Positions 8,172 to 17,999 of a stretch of 64,000 nucleotides of DNA are shown piece after piece. Source of the DNA: a virus; IMG/VR virus record IMGVR_UViG_3300036791_001056, positions 82,954 to 146,953 of that record; one strand, given 5' to 3'. A program made the translations under genes and the position numbers. Under the pieces are notes generated by a model. It did not search any database, was not told the origin of the DNA, and saw only the letters and a list, made by a program, of their open reading frames with translations. How positions within the stretch are numbered: the first letter of the stretch is position 1; each line of letters starts with the position of its first letter.

Positions 8172-11100
8172 GCTGCGCTCGTCACCTTCGTGTTGTCACT
8201 GCTGATCTGAGAGTTCCGCGTGATGATCTCACCCTTGACCTTGACGTCATTCCGCAGCGTAGACTCGCCGCGCCAGTGCGCGAACACCTGATCAGGCTGG
8301 ATGCTCTGCTCGAGCCGGGCGAAGTCAGTGGCCGGCTGCACAGGTGATCCCCGGAGAAATGCTGTGGATCTAGTCGCTGCCTTAGCATCGGTGAACCGCT
8401 TAATGAACGCCTTAGCGGTGCTTGATCCCTTGGGCTCAGCCCACGAGGACAGCAGCCGCGCGCTGGCGCGCCAGCTGCGCCCCTCTCGGTCAGCGCTCAA
8501 GATGTTCCGCGCGTAGTCACCGTACACGTACCGGACGACCTTCAGCGGCCGATCGTGCTGACCGGTCTCCTTGAGCACCTGATCAGTGTAGTGCTGCTGC
8601 GCCCGCGCGGACCAGTAGCTCAGTGCGTCTCGCCGGCGCTGCGCTGCCTCAGGTGACGTGTCTGAGTAGCCGTACCGCGCCTCATCACCATGAAGAAAGT
8701 CGTGAGTGTCGTGACGGCCGGCGAAGTCAGTAACACGCAGCAATGGTGGCTCAGTCATCGCCATGCTGCGTGTGTACTTACCAATCACAGTGTCAGCGTC
8801 ATTTCCTGAGAAAGACCAGCGGCTGATCTGGCTGGCTACCTCAGCTGCCACCGCCCGGGCCGCGTTATCGGGCACACCAGCAGCCGCCACGGCGCGCGTG
8901 ATAAAGTTGCGCTTAAGCTGCGCTAGGCGCGCGCTCCGGTCCTTCTTGTCGTGAACCAGCTTGTCAGTCTCATCATTCTCAGGGAATGACAAGTTGGTCA
9001 TCCCGATGAGCTGCTTAATGTGCTGCGCCGCGTCAGGTGCCGCGGCGCCGGGAACGACTTGCCCGCTCAAGTGCTCGTCAAAGCCGCCTACCAGCGCCTT
9101 CCGGGTGCCTGACGTGAAGTCACCCGCCACGAACGGCGATGATGTGTCAGCGGCTGCCACCTGGTCACGCACCGCCTGCAGCCGGTCACGGATGACCCGC
9201 AGCGCGGCGATCCCAGCAGGCGGGATGGGCTCTGACCGGAAGCCAAACTCATTCGGCTGCTTGTTCTCAATCGCCCAGTCTACCCGCCGCAGATCATCAC
9301 CGATAACTCGCACGATCTCAGCGGGCGCATGCTCACCAGGTAGTGGCTCCCGCGGGTACAGCGCGGCGTCATCACGCCGCAGCGTCTTACCCGCGTTACC
9401 AGCACTAACTACTGGTGACTGGTATGACGACACGCCGGGAACAGTTCTGGCGGCTTGATCGATGCTCTGCAGCTCGTCAGCGATCTGAGTCGCGTCGAGC
9501 TGCGTGTGAGAGATCACGCGCTGGGGCGCAGCCGGGACGTGAGGTGCAGGCGGCGCTGCTGGCTCAACGCGCTCAGCTTCACGTGCTACCTCACCCGGCG
9601 CAAGACTTAGCTTATCAGTTGATACCCAGACTTGTTTCTTGCCACCGTCCCACTTAACGTAAAAGCCACCACTCGTTGGGTAACTCGTTATCGTTCCGGT
9701 CTTCTTCCCAGCAGAAACACGATCCCCTGAGCGGAACGCAGTTGCTTCACCAGCCGTCACGGTGCTCACATCAGCTGGTGTCGCTGGCTCAGCGCGCTCT
9801 GCCTCGCGCCGCGCCAGGTCAGCCTCCCACTCTGCCGTGCTGGCGAATCCTCCGGCCGCGCGCTCCCGCGCTGCCGCAGCGCGGCGCTGCCCACTGCGCT
9901 GGATCGCCCGCTTCAGGTTCTGCGCATCTGGCGAGTCCAGGCCGATGTTGTCACGCGCTGCCTCATAACCTCGGCGCAGCGCCTCGTGCTCATCATCAGT
10001 AGGAACGTAGCCGGGCAGGCGGGTGCGGCCTGAGATGACGTGCGCCGCCGCTACGTCTCCTTGCCACTCACCGCGCTGATCCAGCAGGTCAGCGTGCGTC
10101 CGCGCGAATGACTCATACCAGCTCGGAGTGTGCGGCTCGTGATCTTCACTGGCGTTCTCTTCCGCGGCCGTCATCAAGTCACGTTCGTACGGTGACATGT
10201 GCTCCCGGCTCGCCAGCTCCGTCCACAGCTGCTCGTTCGGGTCGGGCTCCGGCTCGGACTCGATGCCTAGAATCGCATCATTAACGTGCTTAATGTGACT
10301 CGCTAGCGCGCCGTCACCCGCGTCCTCAGCTCGGTTCTTCGCCAGCCGCAAGTCTTGCGCGGCACTCAAGGCAGCGCCCGCGGCAAAGTGCTGGCGAGCG
10401 CTCTCGAGGTGCTGCTTAACGTCAGCGGGCGCGTCTTGCTCAGCCAGCTTGCTGATGTTGTGGTACAGCGGGATGGCGTCGAACGCTTGCTGCGCAGTGT
10501 CATACCGAGCGGGCAACTTCTCGCGCACCGCTACACCCGCTGCGTCAGTCTTATAATGGATGGCTGAGTACTTGCCGTCCGCGTCCTTACTCGGCACCTT
10601 GCCGATCTTCACGCCGGCGTGTGACACGGTTCCCTTGCGCTTATCCACCTCGGCCTGAGCGTACCTCGGCCCGCAGGGAGGCCGCACGCAGATGTAGCCG
10701 TGGATGTAGCCTTCCGGTCCCACCTTAATAAGATCAGCCAATGCCACACGCTTCTTAACTGACCGCGCTGTCCCAGCAGGCGGCACGCCAAGAGACCCGC
10801 CGCGCAGGTCTTGCCCGCTCGGCTGAGTGCCGCCGTGCCCACCCGGCGGCCAGTAACCGTCCATACCCTGTGGTCCCTGCGGGAACGCAGCGTGCGGTCG
10901 CTGGGCCGCAACGCGGCCAGAACTCGGGAGCGCGTCGTCGTGGCTCTCAGGGAGGTCGGCAGTCGACCGCGGCTGATTACCTGCGCCGTCCCAGCGCGGA
11001 GGCTCAGCACCCGGCGTGAAGCCTGGGACTCCGCCCGGAACCGGCGGCATCTGCATCGCGCCGCCGCCAGCTGCCGGGGGGCTCTGCGGCTGCTGATCCT

Positions 11101-11230
11101 CCCAGATCTCCTCACCGCTCAGGTCTACGGTGCGGCGCAGCTGCTTCTCAGCGTGATCAGCATCACGCAGCGCTTGACGGCTGACCACCCGCGGGCTGAA
11201 GTCTGCCATGCGGTTGGCCAGCGTGCTCAC
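8168..11230 (-). CDS. Polyvalent head protein with a C-terminal divergent ART-like domain
   Basis: KVGPEGYIHGYICVRPPCG module. SH3/KOW-like segment (FRSGDRV...GTI...VKWDGG). C-terminal VVRYVYG / LLSSWAE / KGEII matches R-S-E ART spacing. Confidence 0.65.
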   Translation of the reverse strand: MSTLANRMADFSPRVVSRQALRDADHAEKQLRRTVDLSGEEIWEDQQPQSPPAAGGGAMQMPPVPGGVPGFTPGAEPPRWDGAGNQPRSTADLPESHDDALPSSGRVAAQRPHAAFPQGPQGMDGYWPPGGHGGTQPSGQDLRGGSLGVPPAGTARSVKKRVALADLIKVGPEGYIHGYICVRPPCGPRYAQAEVDKRKGTVSHAGVKIGKVPSKDADGKYSAIHYKTDAAGVAVREKLPARYDTAQQAFDAIPLYHNISKLAEQDAPADVKQHLESARQHFAAGAALSAAQDLRLAKNRAEDAGDGALASHIKHVNDAILGIESEPEPDPNEQLWTELASREHMSPYERDLMTAAEENASEDHEPHTPSWYESFARTHADLLDQRGEWQGDVAAAHVISGRTRLPGYVPTDDEHEALRRGYEAARDNIGLDSPDAQNLKRAIQRSGQRRAAAARERAAGGFASTAEWEADLARREAERAEPATPADVSTVTAGEATAFRSGDRVSAGKKTGTITSYPTSGGFYVKWDGGKKQVWVSTDKLSLAPGEVAREAERVEPAAPPAPHVPAAPQRVISHTQLDATQIADELQSIDQAARTVPGVSSYQSPVVSAGNAGKTLRRDDAALYPREPLPGEHAPAEIVRVIGDDLRRVDWAIENKQPNEFGFRSEPIPPAGIAALRVIRDRLQAVRDQVAAADTSSPFVAGDFTSGTRKALVGGFDEHLSGQVVPGAAAPDAAQHIKQLIGMTNLSFPENDETDKLVHDKKDRSARLAQLKRNFITRAVAAAGVPDNAARAVAAEVASQISRWSFSGNDADTVIGKYTRSMAMTEPPLLRVTDFAGRHDTHDFLHGDEARYGYSDTSPEAAQRRRDALSYWSARAQQHYTDQVLKETGQHDRPLKVVRYVYGDYARNILSADREGRSWRASARLLSSWAEPKGSSTAKAFIKRFTDAKAATRSTAFLRGSPVQPATDFARLEQSIQPDQVFAHWRGESTLRNDVKVKGEIITRNSQISSDNTKVTSAA

Positions 11231-14200
11231 GTCATCACCGCACTCTTGGGCATCGCTGTCATGTATGCGATAGTAACGCCTCGCTGTGAATCACGATGAA
11301 CTGCGGTCAAGTGCAGCGGCTGATCTCTGTCGAGGATCAGCTCCCGCTCTTCTGGTGAGTCTGAGAACGGCTGCGCCCAGACAGCAGGTGTACCCTTTGG
11401 CACAGTGATGTGCAGAACTGTCTTATTCTCACGACCCACATCATATGCGCCTGACGTAAGTGACGTCGAGGAGAACCCATGATCCGCGATCACATCACCC
11501 GGTGACAGATCACGCAGCGCCTGCTCATCATCCAGCTCACGATGCACGATTACAGCAGCAGGCAGTGGCTGCATCGCTGATGACAGATGCTCACTCATCT
11601 CTCGGGAGTGAGCATCAATGTTGCCACTCCGCAGCCCATCATTAATGTCCTGGTAGCCGTTGCCAATGTAACCAGTGATGGCCCCGACCTGCGCAGGTGT
11701 GTACGTGAACGCACGACTCAACTTACGGCCAAAGGCACGTGCCTCTGCTGCGCTGGTAATCTCACTAGCATTAACTGTGCCTGTTACCCGTGACCACTCA
11801 CCGTGAGCATCACGGGGCTCAAGTGAGTCGAATCGCTTTTCAACGGCAGCGCTACTCACCGGAACAAGCCACGGCTCACCGTCACGCAGCTCGATGATCA
11901 CGTCACCTGAGCTCAGCTCACCGGGCTGCGCATCAGCTGGTTCTGCGGCAGCAGCACTCTTCGCCACGCTCTCGTACCGCGCGTGCCCCGTTGCCTCCTG
12001 CGCCGCGCGGAAGTCAGCCTCGCTGAAGCCGTACTCACCGAGCCGGTTCATCTTGGACACTGCCTTGGACGCGAAGTCCGGGTAGTGCCAGACGGTCACG
12101 CGCTGGCTCTGCATGTCCACAACCTGGACAATCAGCGCGGGCCGCAAGTTCGCGCTCGCCACCGCGGCGCGCTTGCGCTCGATCTCCTCACGCTTGATTG
12201 CCGTCTTCAGGTTCTGAGCGTTGCTGTTGAGCGTCTTCAGCTCGCCGCCGTAGTCACCGATCTTAAAGTCCAGCGGCGTCTGCCGCGACATCCAGCCGCC
12301 CGTCGCTGAGATCGGCTCGTACGTCACGCCGAGCTGCTGCTCGAGCAGGTGCGCACCGTGAGCAGCGAACAGCTGCTCGAACGTGTCACCAATCTCAGAC
12401 TTGCCCATCGGGCTGCCCGTGACCGGGTTGACGAACTGAGTGGGCGTCTGGACGGGATCGCGCTGGCCCTTCCAGCGCTTGGACGGAACGGCGCCTGCTG
12501 TCCACTCACCGCGCGCATTACGCAGCTCAGCTGGGTCGAACTTCTTCTCAGCCCGGCCATACCACCGGTCGCAGACGTGATCCGCGTCGATGTGCCCGCG
12601 GACGAGGGTGCACTTACCGTGCTCATCATCTACGTCGCTCGGCCGGTACATGACGCAGCTGGCGCAGCGCTGGCTGGCGCGCCGGTCTGCCTGCCGGTAG
12701 TCAACCGTGCCTGGGCTGAGCAGCTCGGCCTTCTGGCACTTGATGAACAGCCCCGTGACGAGCTGCTTCTGGACGGGTCCCGCCGTCTCGAGAGCGCGCC
12801 GGACGCGCTTCGGGTGCTCACGCAGCTCCGGCCGGATCGCCGGGTTGTCCCTCAGCTCGCGCGGGTCCCACCAGGCGATGGCCTCGGGCTCCTCATTGTC
12901 CGGGTCGTCGGGGTTAGCGCCCTTAGCGCGGTCGAGAATCGGTACATCAGACTCCCGGCCCACGCTGAGCACGTGCCCTCGGTACGGTCCCTCACCGGTC
13001 TCCCAGGTCCCGGTGACGCTGCCAGCCGGCACGGGAAGTCCAGTTTCCTCACCCCACTCGCGCCGGGCCGCCTCCTCCACGCTCTCACCGGGGTCCTCGG
13101 GCCGGCCGCCGGGGAACTCCCAGTACCCACCCGCGGGATCATCCTCATTGTGGGCGCGCTGGATCATCAGGACCCGGCCCGTGTCACGAGCCCGCACCGC
13201 CAGACCTCCGGCCACGAAGCCGTCTGCCGTCAGCGGCGCAGCAACTGACGCAAAATCGGACTTAGAGACAGACCACCTATCTGCGCTATCATACGCTGTT
13301 TCACCGTGGCGCTGCAACTGTGACTTGACTGCCGTTACTGCTGAGCCACGCGGCATCGGCACCGGGTTAAAGCCCGGCAGTGGCGGCGCGGTAATGTGAC
13401 TGAGATCGATGCCAAACGCGCTGCCCGGCACCAGGGCGCACCTACAGCGCGGATGCCCGGGCGGGCCCTCCCGGCCGTCCGGGAACAGCCCCGTGACCGG
13501 AACGGCACCCGCCGCCTCATTGCCGCGGCAGATCTTGCAGACGCGCTCATCCGGCGCGACCAGCCACTCCTTGGTGTCGATCCCGTCATCGCGGTACCGG
13601 TCCAGCGTGCCGCACGTAACCGCTCGAGCGAGCTCCGTCTGCGCGATCATCTCCGCGCGCTCTGGTACAGTCAATAGGTCCTGGATGCGGCGGGCCAGCT
13701 CACCCACGCTCTGCCCCTCGGCGAGCGCCCCGGCGATCTCCCGCGCCAGGTCATCCAGCCCCGTCTGAGAGACGGACTGGATGGTGTTGACGCCCCACTG
13801 CTGCAGCAGCTGCTGCAGGCGCGGCCCATCAGCCACCAGCGCGGCCGCGTCGAAGTCACCGGGCTCCCAGCCGCCCCAGTCAGGCACCTCGGCGGTGGCG
13901 GCGATCTCCGGCGTGGCGATCCCGGCGATGACGTGCTCAGCCGAGACGGTGCCGAGGGCGTACCCCTCGGTCCAGAGCTGCCCGAAGACGCGCCGCAGCG
14001 CGGCGGCGATCAGCTCGCTGATGTGCTGCGCCGCCCACTGCGCGGTGGCGCGGATCACGCCGCCGAAGAACTGGCTGATGAACTCGCGCACAGCCGTCAT
14101 CGCTGATGCGAAGGCGCCCTGGATCTTGGGCGCGTAGATCTTCACCAGGTCGAGGTCACGCAGCCAGCCGGGCCAGCTCGGCTCAGCCTTTGCTACCCAC

Positions 14201-17200
14201 TCGTACTCAGCAGGAGCGAGGCGAAAGGTGCGCACCTTCGCGACGCTGACGGCCTCATCAGCGGTCAGCCCCTCCGCCATGCTTCTCGCGATGTCACCCA
14301 GCGCGGTGTTCGGGATGAAGCACGCCGTCCACGTCGTGACGGGCCGGCCCTTGCGCAGGTGCCGCGCCAGCGCCTCGAACTCCGCGCTGGCGCGCTTATC
14401 CATGTCAGGCACGCTGACCTTGGCGGCGCTGGCGCGCTCGCGGTTAGCGGTGACGGCAGCCGCGTGACCCGGCGTGGGTGCACCCGCGCGGCTCGGCTTG
14501 GCGCCCGCCGGTGAGGCAGAGGCGGGAGCAGCCAGCGCTGCCTGCCGCTCCTGCATCGTCTGGTCGTGGGCCTCTTGAGCGCGCTGCTCTTGCTGCACTC
14601 CTGCGGCGGTGCTGCTGACCGTCTGCGTGGTCTGAGCGTTGGTGCCAGCGGTCTGAGCGCGAGTCTGCTCCGTCTGCGCCTGCGTCTGCTCGGTGCCCGC
14701 TTGGGTCTGCGCCGTCTGCGCCACCGTCTGAGCGATGCCAGCGTGCGTTGCCGCGGTGCCCGCCTGCGTCTGAGCGATCTGCGCCTGCGTCTGCGCCGAC
14801 TGCTGCGCGGTGCTCTCGACCGAGTTCGCGATGCCCATGTGCGTCTGCGCCGTCTGCGCCTGAGTGCGCTCTGTGCCGGCCTGTGTCTGAGCCAGCTGCG
14901 CCTGAGACTGCGCCACCGCGTTCTGCGCCTGCTGCACCGCCGTCGAGAGCGGCACCGGCCCGTTGGGCGTGACGATGAGCGGCTCGCTGGACTCCTCGAG
15001 GCCGTACGGCTGCAGGTTGAGCTCTTGCCGGCACTCGTCGATGGTCCGCAGCCCGTTCTGCATCTGCTGGACCAGCACGCCGGTGAGCGCGTCCTGGTCC
15101 TCCTCTTGCTGCAGCCCCTCGAAGGTGAACTGCATGTCGTCCTGCTGGCAGATCACCTGCAAGACCGCGTTGAAAATGTCCGAGAGGAACTTCAGCAGCG
15201 GCGTGACGCCCGTGTCCTCGCTGCGGTCGTGCGACTGCTTCGCCATCTGGTTCTGCGCACCGGACGAGTGCGACGAGCTGCGCCCCGGCGTGAACCCGAT
15301 CTCCAGCGGCGTCACCCCGAACGCTGAGCAGACCTCGCTGATGAGCAGCTGGTCCAGCTCGTCCGCGGTGGTGATCGGGCGCTGCGGCTCGATCTTGCTG
15401 TTCGGTGGTAGGACGATGATCTTCTGCTTCCACGCCGGGTCGCCCGCGATGGCGTTCAGCGCGTCCTGCAGCTCGCGCAGCTGGTTCGGAGTCATCGCCG
15501 TGTCGCCCGGGATGACGTATGCGGCTGGCACGGTGGACTCCGAGAAGAATTCGTACTGGTACCCCTGCTTCTGCAGGCCCGTCATGATCGGGATCAGGGC
15601 GCGCTCTACCGGCGGGAAGCCGTACGGCGTCCACGTCCGCGGGACCATCGGGACGTACAGCAGCTGGTCGCCGCGGAACTCAGCCAGCTGCCGGCCCTTC
15701 AGCCCGCTCTCCTCGATGTCATCATCAAACATCATGGTCATGAGGTCCGAGCGCGGCACGCCGTAGAGATACTGCTGATAGGCCACGCAGTTCCCTGACC
15801 ATACGGGATGCCCGTTTCGCCGGGCATAAATCACACCGTTAGGCACAGTAACGCAGTAAACGCGTCCTGAGTACTGCACCTCTCTTACGCGACTTGCCGG
15901 GTAACCAGTTGTGCGAACATACATCCGGTAGCAGCCGTCACCAGAAGCTCGCACCGATGACGAGTAGCCGAGCTTCTGGATGATCTCTTGGAAGTCATCT
16001 GCCATCTGTGTGCTTGAGGTCGCAACAGCGTACTGGGCAGCTCCACTTCGCTGAGCCTGCGGCCGGCTCTTACTGTACCGGACCTCAGCACCGTCACCCA
16101 AGCAGTAGTACCGCCAGAAGATCTCAAGCTGCCGCTTCGGCATCTCAAGAATCTCTGCTGGCGCGAACTTATCCTTAGCATAACCAAACTGATGGAGATA
16201 GCGCCACAGCGCCTTCGCTCGGATCGCCCAGCCAGCCAGCTGCCCGTTCGTCACATGGTGCTTAACGCCAAAGATCTCGCTGATCAGCCGGCCAAACTCT
16301 GCAGCTCCCTTACCATTCTCAGTCTGGCAAATCATAAAGTTGTAGCCGTTTTTAACGGGATCGTGACTCAGTGAGCCCTCAGACAGGTACATCCCCATGA
16401 AGGCAGCATACTGGTCACCTGTCATTGAGATAGGCTCATCATGCCGCGGGTTATGCCGCCTGCAGCCACACTCGGGTGAGCACCTCCGCGCATAATGCAC
16501 AGCACCAGTATAGTTAATTTTTACCAGGTTAGCGCGGACTGGGACAGCTGGTCCATAACTCACGTGCACTGGCTGGTTGTCATCAGCCCACGTGAACGTT
16601 TGCCCGGCTGGGGTAAACGTCACGTCACGAAGTTCCCGGCCAGTCCATACGCTCGTGGCAACAAGACCAACAGCGGCTGCGTGCACACCCCGTGCTTCAC
16701 GCCGATGCTCATACTCTAGAAGATGCTGAGCCGGCAGCAACCACTCACGCCGTGCTGTAGTATGACTCCGAGTAAGCTGACCTCTATCATCACGGTATGT
16801 GCTTGACCTTACCCAGCCTTCAGGACCGGTAGTCGTCAGCACACGGTGATCTGGCGTTACGAGAGAGTCGGTACCCCGGCCATAGAAGTGAACCATTGGC
16901 CCACTGTACGGGTAGTCAACATACGCAACTGGCTGCTGCCACTCAAATTCTCCGTTACTGGATCGAGTCGCTACCTCTTCATCATGCTTAAGATCACGGA
17001 ATAGCTTCCAGCCACTACGAGTGAGAATCTCAGTGTCATCACTGTAGCACGGCGGGCGCGGCGTGCCACCGTGGAGGTTGAGCAGCGGCCGGATGGTGGG
17101 CCCGTTGATGAGCATGAAGTTCTCGAGGTCTGAGCCCAGCACGCCCTGGCCCGCGCCCTTGCCCCACGTCGGGATCATGAGGATGGACAGCGCGTCGAAG

Positions 17201-17823
17201 ACCAAGATCTCCTCGATCATCGCGGAGATCCACGTCGCGTAGCTGAAGTAGTTGCGGTCCGGCCGGTTAAAGAACTTCAGTGCCTTGGCCCGGCGCTTAC
17301 CAAAGTCGGCCTGCAGCGCCGGTGAGCTCTGGTACGCCTTCTGCGCCTCAGCGGTGGGGGTAATGTCCCACTCGATGCCTCGGACCTGATTCTTCCGGAA
17401 CTCGATGCACGATCGGGCGATCGAGTAGACGTCAGCCAGCTTCTGGAGGGTGCTGAAGCTGACGAGCTTCAGGCCCTCCTGCCCCGGCTGCCCCGTCGGC
17501 AGGTTCCAGCCCGGCTCGTACTGGTACCGCCGCGGCACGGGCCTCTCGGCACCCGGCGGCGGGGTGTCCACGCCGGTCGGCAAGATCGGTGTGAACGGTG
17601 AGAACGCGCCCGCGGTGAAGTCCTCCGTCGGGCGCGGCAGGTACGGCCCGTACAGCGCGCGGTAACCCAGCCCCTCATTCCCGAGCTGCATCGCCAGCGG
17701 CGAGAACCGGCCGGTGCTCTGCCCCGGCAGCGCCAGCCCGCTCGATCCCTGCGGGCCGGGAGTCGGCCGTGCGCCCCCCGGGATGGTCAGGGCACCCCTC
17801 AAGATCGCGCCGCGTGATGCCAT
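11227..17823 (-). CDS. Portal protein (with intein) fused to MuF, Nudix, HiPIP-like, PD-(D/E)xK nuclease-like and ADP-ribosyltransferase domains
   Basis: Portal motifs (LINGPTIRPL, YQQYLYG, PYGFPPVERAL, VCSAFGVTPLEIG, TIDECR). MuF RAEMIAQTE...KEW...VCKIC...HPRCRC. Nudix WEFPGG...AARREWGEETG. CASC...CTLVRGHI...C. DFKIGDYGGELKT. INDGLR / VHR / FSSTS / EERELIL. Confidence 0.9.
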   Translation of the reverse strand: MASRGAILRGALTIPGGARPTPGPQGSSGLALPGQSTGRFSPLAMQLGNEGLGYRALYGPYLPRPTEDFTAGAFSPFTPILPTGVDTPPPGAERPVPRRYQYEPGWNLPTGQPGQEGLKLVSFSTLQKLADVYSIARSCIEFRKNQVRGIEWDITPTAEAQKAYQSSPALQADFGKRRAKALKFFNRPDRNYFSYATWISAMIEEILVFDALSILMIPTWGKGAGQGVLGSDLENFMLINGPTIRPLLNLHGGTPRPPCYSDDTEILTRSGWKLFRDLKHDEEVATRSSNGEFEWQQPVAYVDYPYSGPMVHFYGRGTDSLVTPDHRVLTTTGPEGWVRSSTYRDDRGQLTRSHTTARREWLLPAQHLLEYEHRREARGVHAAAVGLVATSVWTGRELRDVTFTPAGQTFTWADDNQPVHVSYGPAVPVRANLVKINYTGAVHYARRCSPECGCRRHNPRHDEPISMTGDQYAAFMGMYLSEGSLSHDPVKNGYNFMICQTENGKGAAEFGRLISEIFGVKHHVTNGQLAGWAIRAKALWRYLHQFGYAKDKFAPAEILEMPKRQLEIFWRYYCLGDGAEVRYSKSRPQAQRSGAAQYAVATSSTQMADDFQEIIQKLGYSSSVRASGDGCYRMYVRTTGYPASRVREVQYSGRVYCVTVPNGVIYARRNGHPVWSGNCVAYQQYLYGVPRSDLMTMMFDDDIEESGLKGRQLAEFRGDQLLYVPMVPRTWTPYGFPPVERALIPIMTGLQKQGYQYEFFSESTVPAAYVIPGDTAMTPNQLRELQDALNAIAGDPAWKQKIIVLPPNSKIEPQRPITTADELDQLLISEVCSAFGVTPLEIGFTPGRSSSHSSGAQNQMAKQSHDRSEDTGVTPLLKFLSDIFNAVLQVICQQDDMQFTFEGLQQEEDQDALTGVLVQQMQNGLRTIDECRQELNLQPYGLEESSEPLIVTPNGPVPLSTAVQQAQNAVAQSQAQLAQTQAGTERTQAQTAQTHMGIANSVESTAQQSAQTQAQIAQTQAGTAATHAGIAQTVAQTAQTQAGTEQTQAQTEQTRAQTAGTNAQTTQTVSSTAAGVQQEQRAQEAHDQTMQERQAALAAPASASPAGAKPSRAGAPTPGHAAAVTANRERASAAKVSVPDMDKRASAEFEALARHLRKGRPVTTWTACFIPNTALGDIARSMAEGLTADEAVSVAKVRTFRLAPAEYEWVAKAEPSWPGWLRDLDLVKIYAPKIQGAFASAMTAVREFISQFFGGVIRATAQWAAQHISELIAAALRRVFGQLWTEGYALGTVSAEHVIAGIATPEIAATAEVPDWGGWEPGDFDAAALVADGPRLQQLLQQWGVNTIQSVSQTGLDDLAREIAGALAEGQSVGELARRIQDLLTVPERAEMIAQTELARAVTCGTLDRYRDDGIDTKEWLVAPDERVCKICRGNEAAGAVPVTGLFPDGREGPPGHPRCRCALVPGSAFGIDLSHITAPPLPGFNPVPMPRGSAVTAVKSQLQRHGETAYDSADRWSVSKSDFASVAAPLTADGFVAGGLAVRARDTGRVLMIQRAHNEDDPAGGYWEFPGGRPEDPGESVEEAARREWGEETGLPVPAGSVTGTWETGEGPYRGHVLSVGRESDVPILDRAKGANPDDPDNEEPEAIAWWDPRELRDNPAIRPELREHPKRVRRALETAGPVQKQLVTGLFIKCQKAELLSPGTVDYRQADRRASQRCASCVMYRPSDVDDEHGKCTLVRGHIDADHVCDRWYGRAEKKFDPAELRNARGEWTAGAVPSKRWKGQRDPVQTPTQFVNPVTGSPMGKSEIGDTFEQLFAAHGAHLLEQQLGVTYEPISATGGWMSRQTPLDFKIGDYGGELKTLNSNAQNLKTAIKREEIERKRAAVASANLRPALIVQVVDMQSQRVTVWHYPDFASKAVSKMNRLGEYGFSEADFRAAQEATGHARYESVAKSAAAAEPADAQPGELSSGDVIIELRDGEPWLVPVSSAAVEKRFDSLEPRDAHGEWSRVTGTVNASEITSAAEARAFGRKLSRAFTYTPAQVGAITGYIGNGYQDINDGLRSGNIDAHSREMSEHLSSAMQPLPAAVIVHRELDDEQALRDLSPGDVIADHGFSSTSLTSGAYDVGRENKTVLHITVPKGTPAVWAQPFSDSPEERELILDRDQPLHLTAVHRDSQRGVTIAYMTAMPKSAVMT
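14580..14935 (-). repeat. Heptad (21-bp) AQTQAGT-like coding repeat between portal and MuF
   Basis: Repeated AQTQAGT / AQTQAQI / EQTQAQT units; likely a coiled-coil linker. Confidence 0.8.
15790..17049 (-). mobile_element. Intein with LAGLIDADG homing endonuclease in the portal gene (420 aa)
   Basis: Starts CYSDDTEILTRSGWK, has block B VTPDHRV, LAGLIDADG-like FMGMYLSEGS and YYCLGDG, and ends VYCVTVPNGVIYARRNGHPVWSGN followed by Cys. GC is lower than in the flanks. Confidence 0.92.
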
Positions 17824-17999
17824 GACGGCGCCTCCTGAAAGGTGCGATGTTCAGATGTTTTTTCAGCGGTGAGAACTGCTTAAGCTGGCGGCCGGCGCAG
17901 TGACGTGACTGGCCGGTTGATCCTCTGGTCGTCTGAGGTCTCGATAATGACGGTACTCCCAGAGTTATTGCGGACGGTGCCGGTGTTCCTATAGTGAGG

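Noticed and set aside
14580-14935. Repeat in the portal gene as a non-coding array
   Set aside because: The period is 21 nt and in frame, encoding a Gln/Thr/Ala heptad linker.
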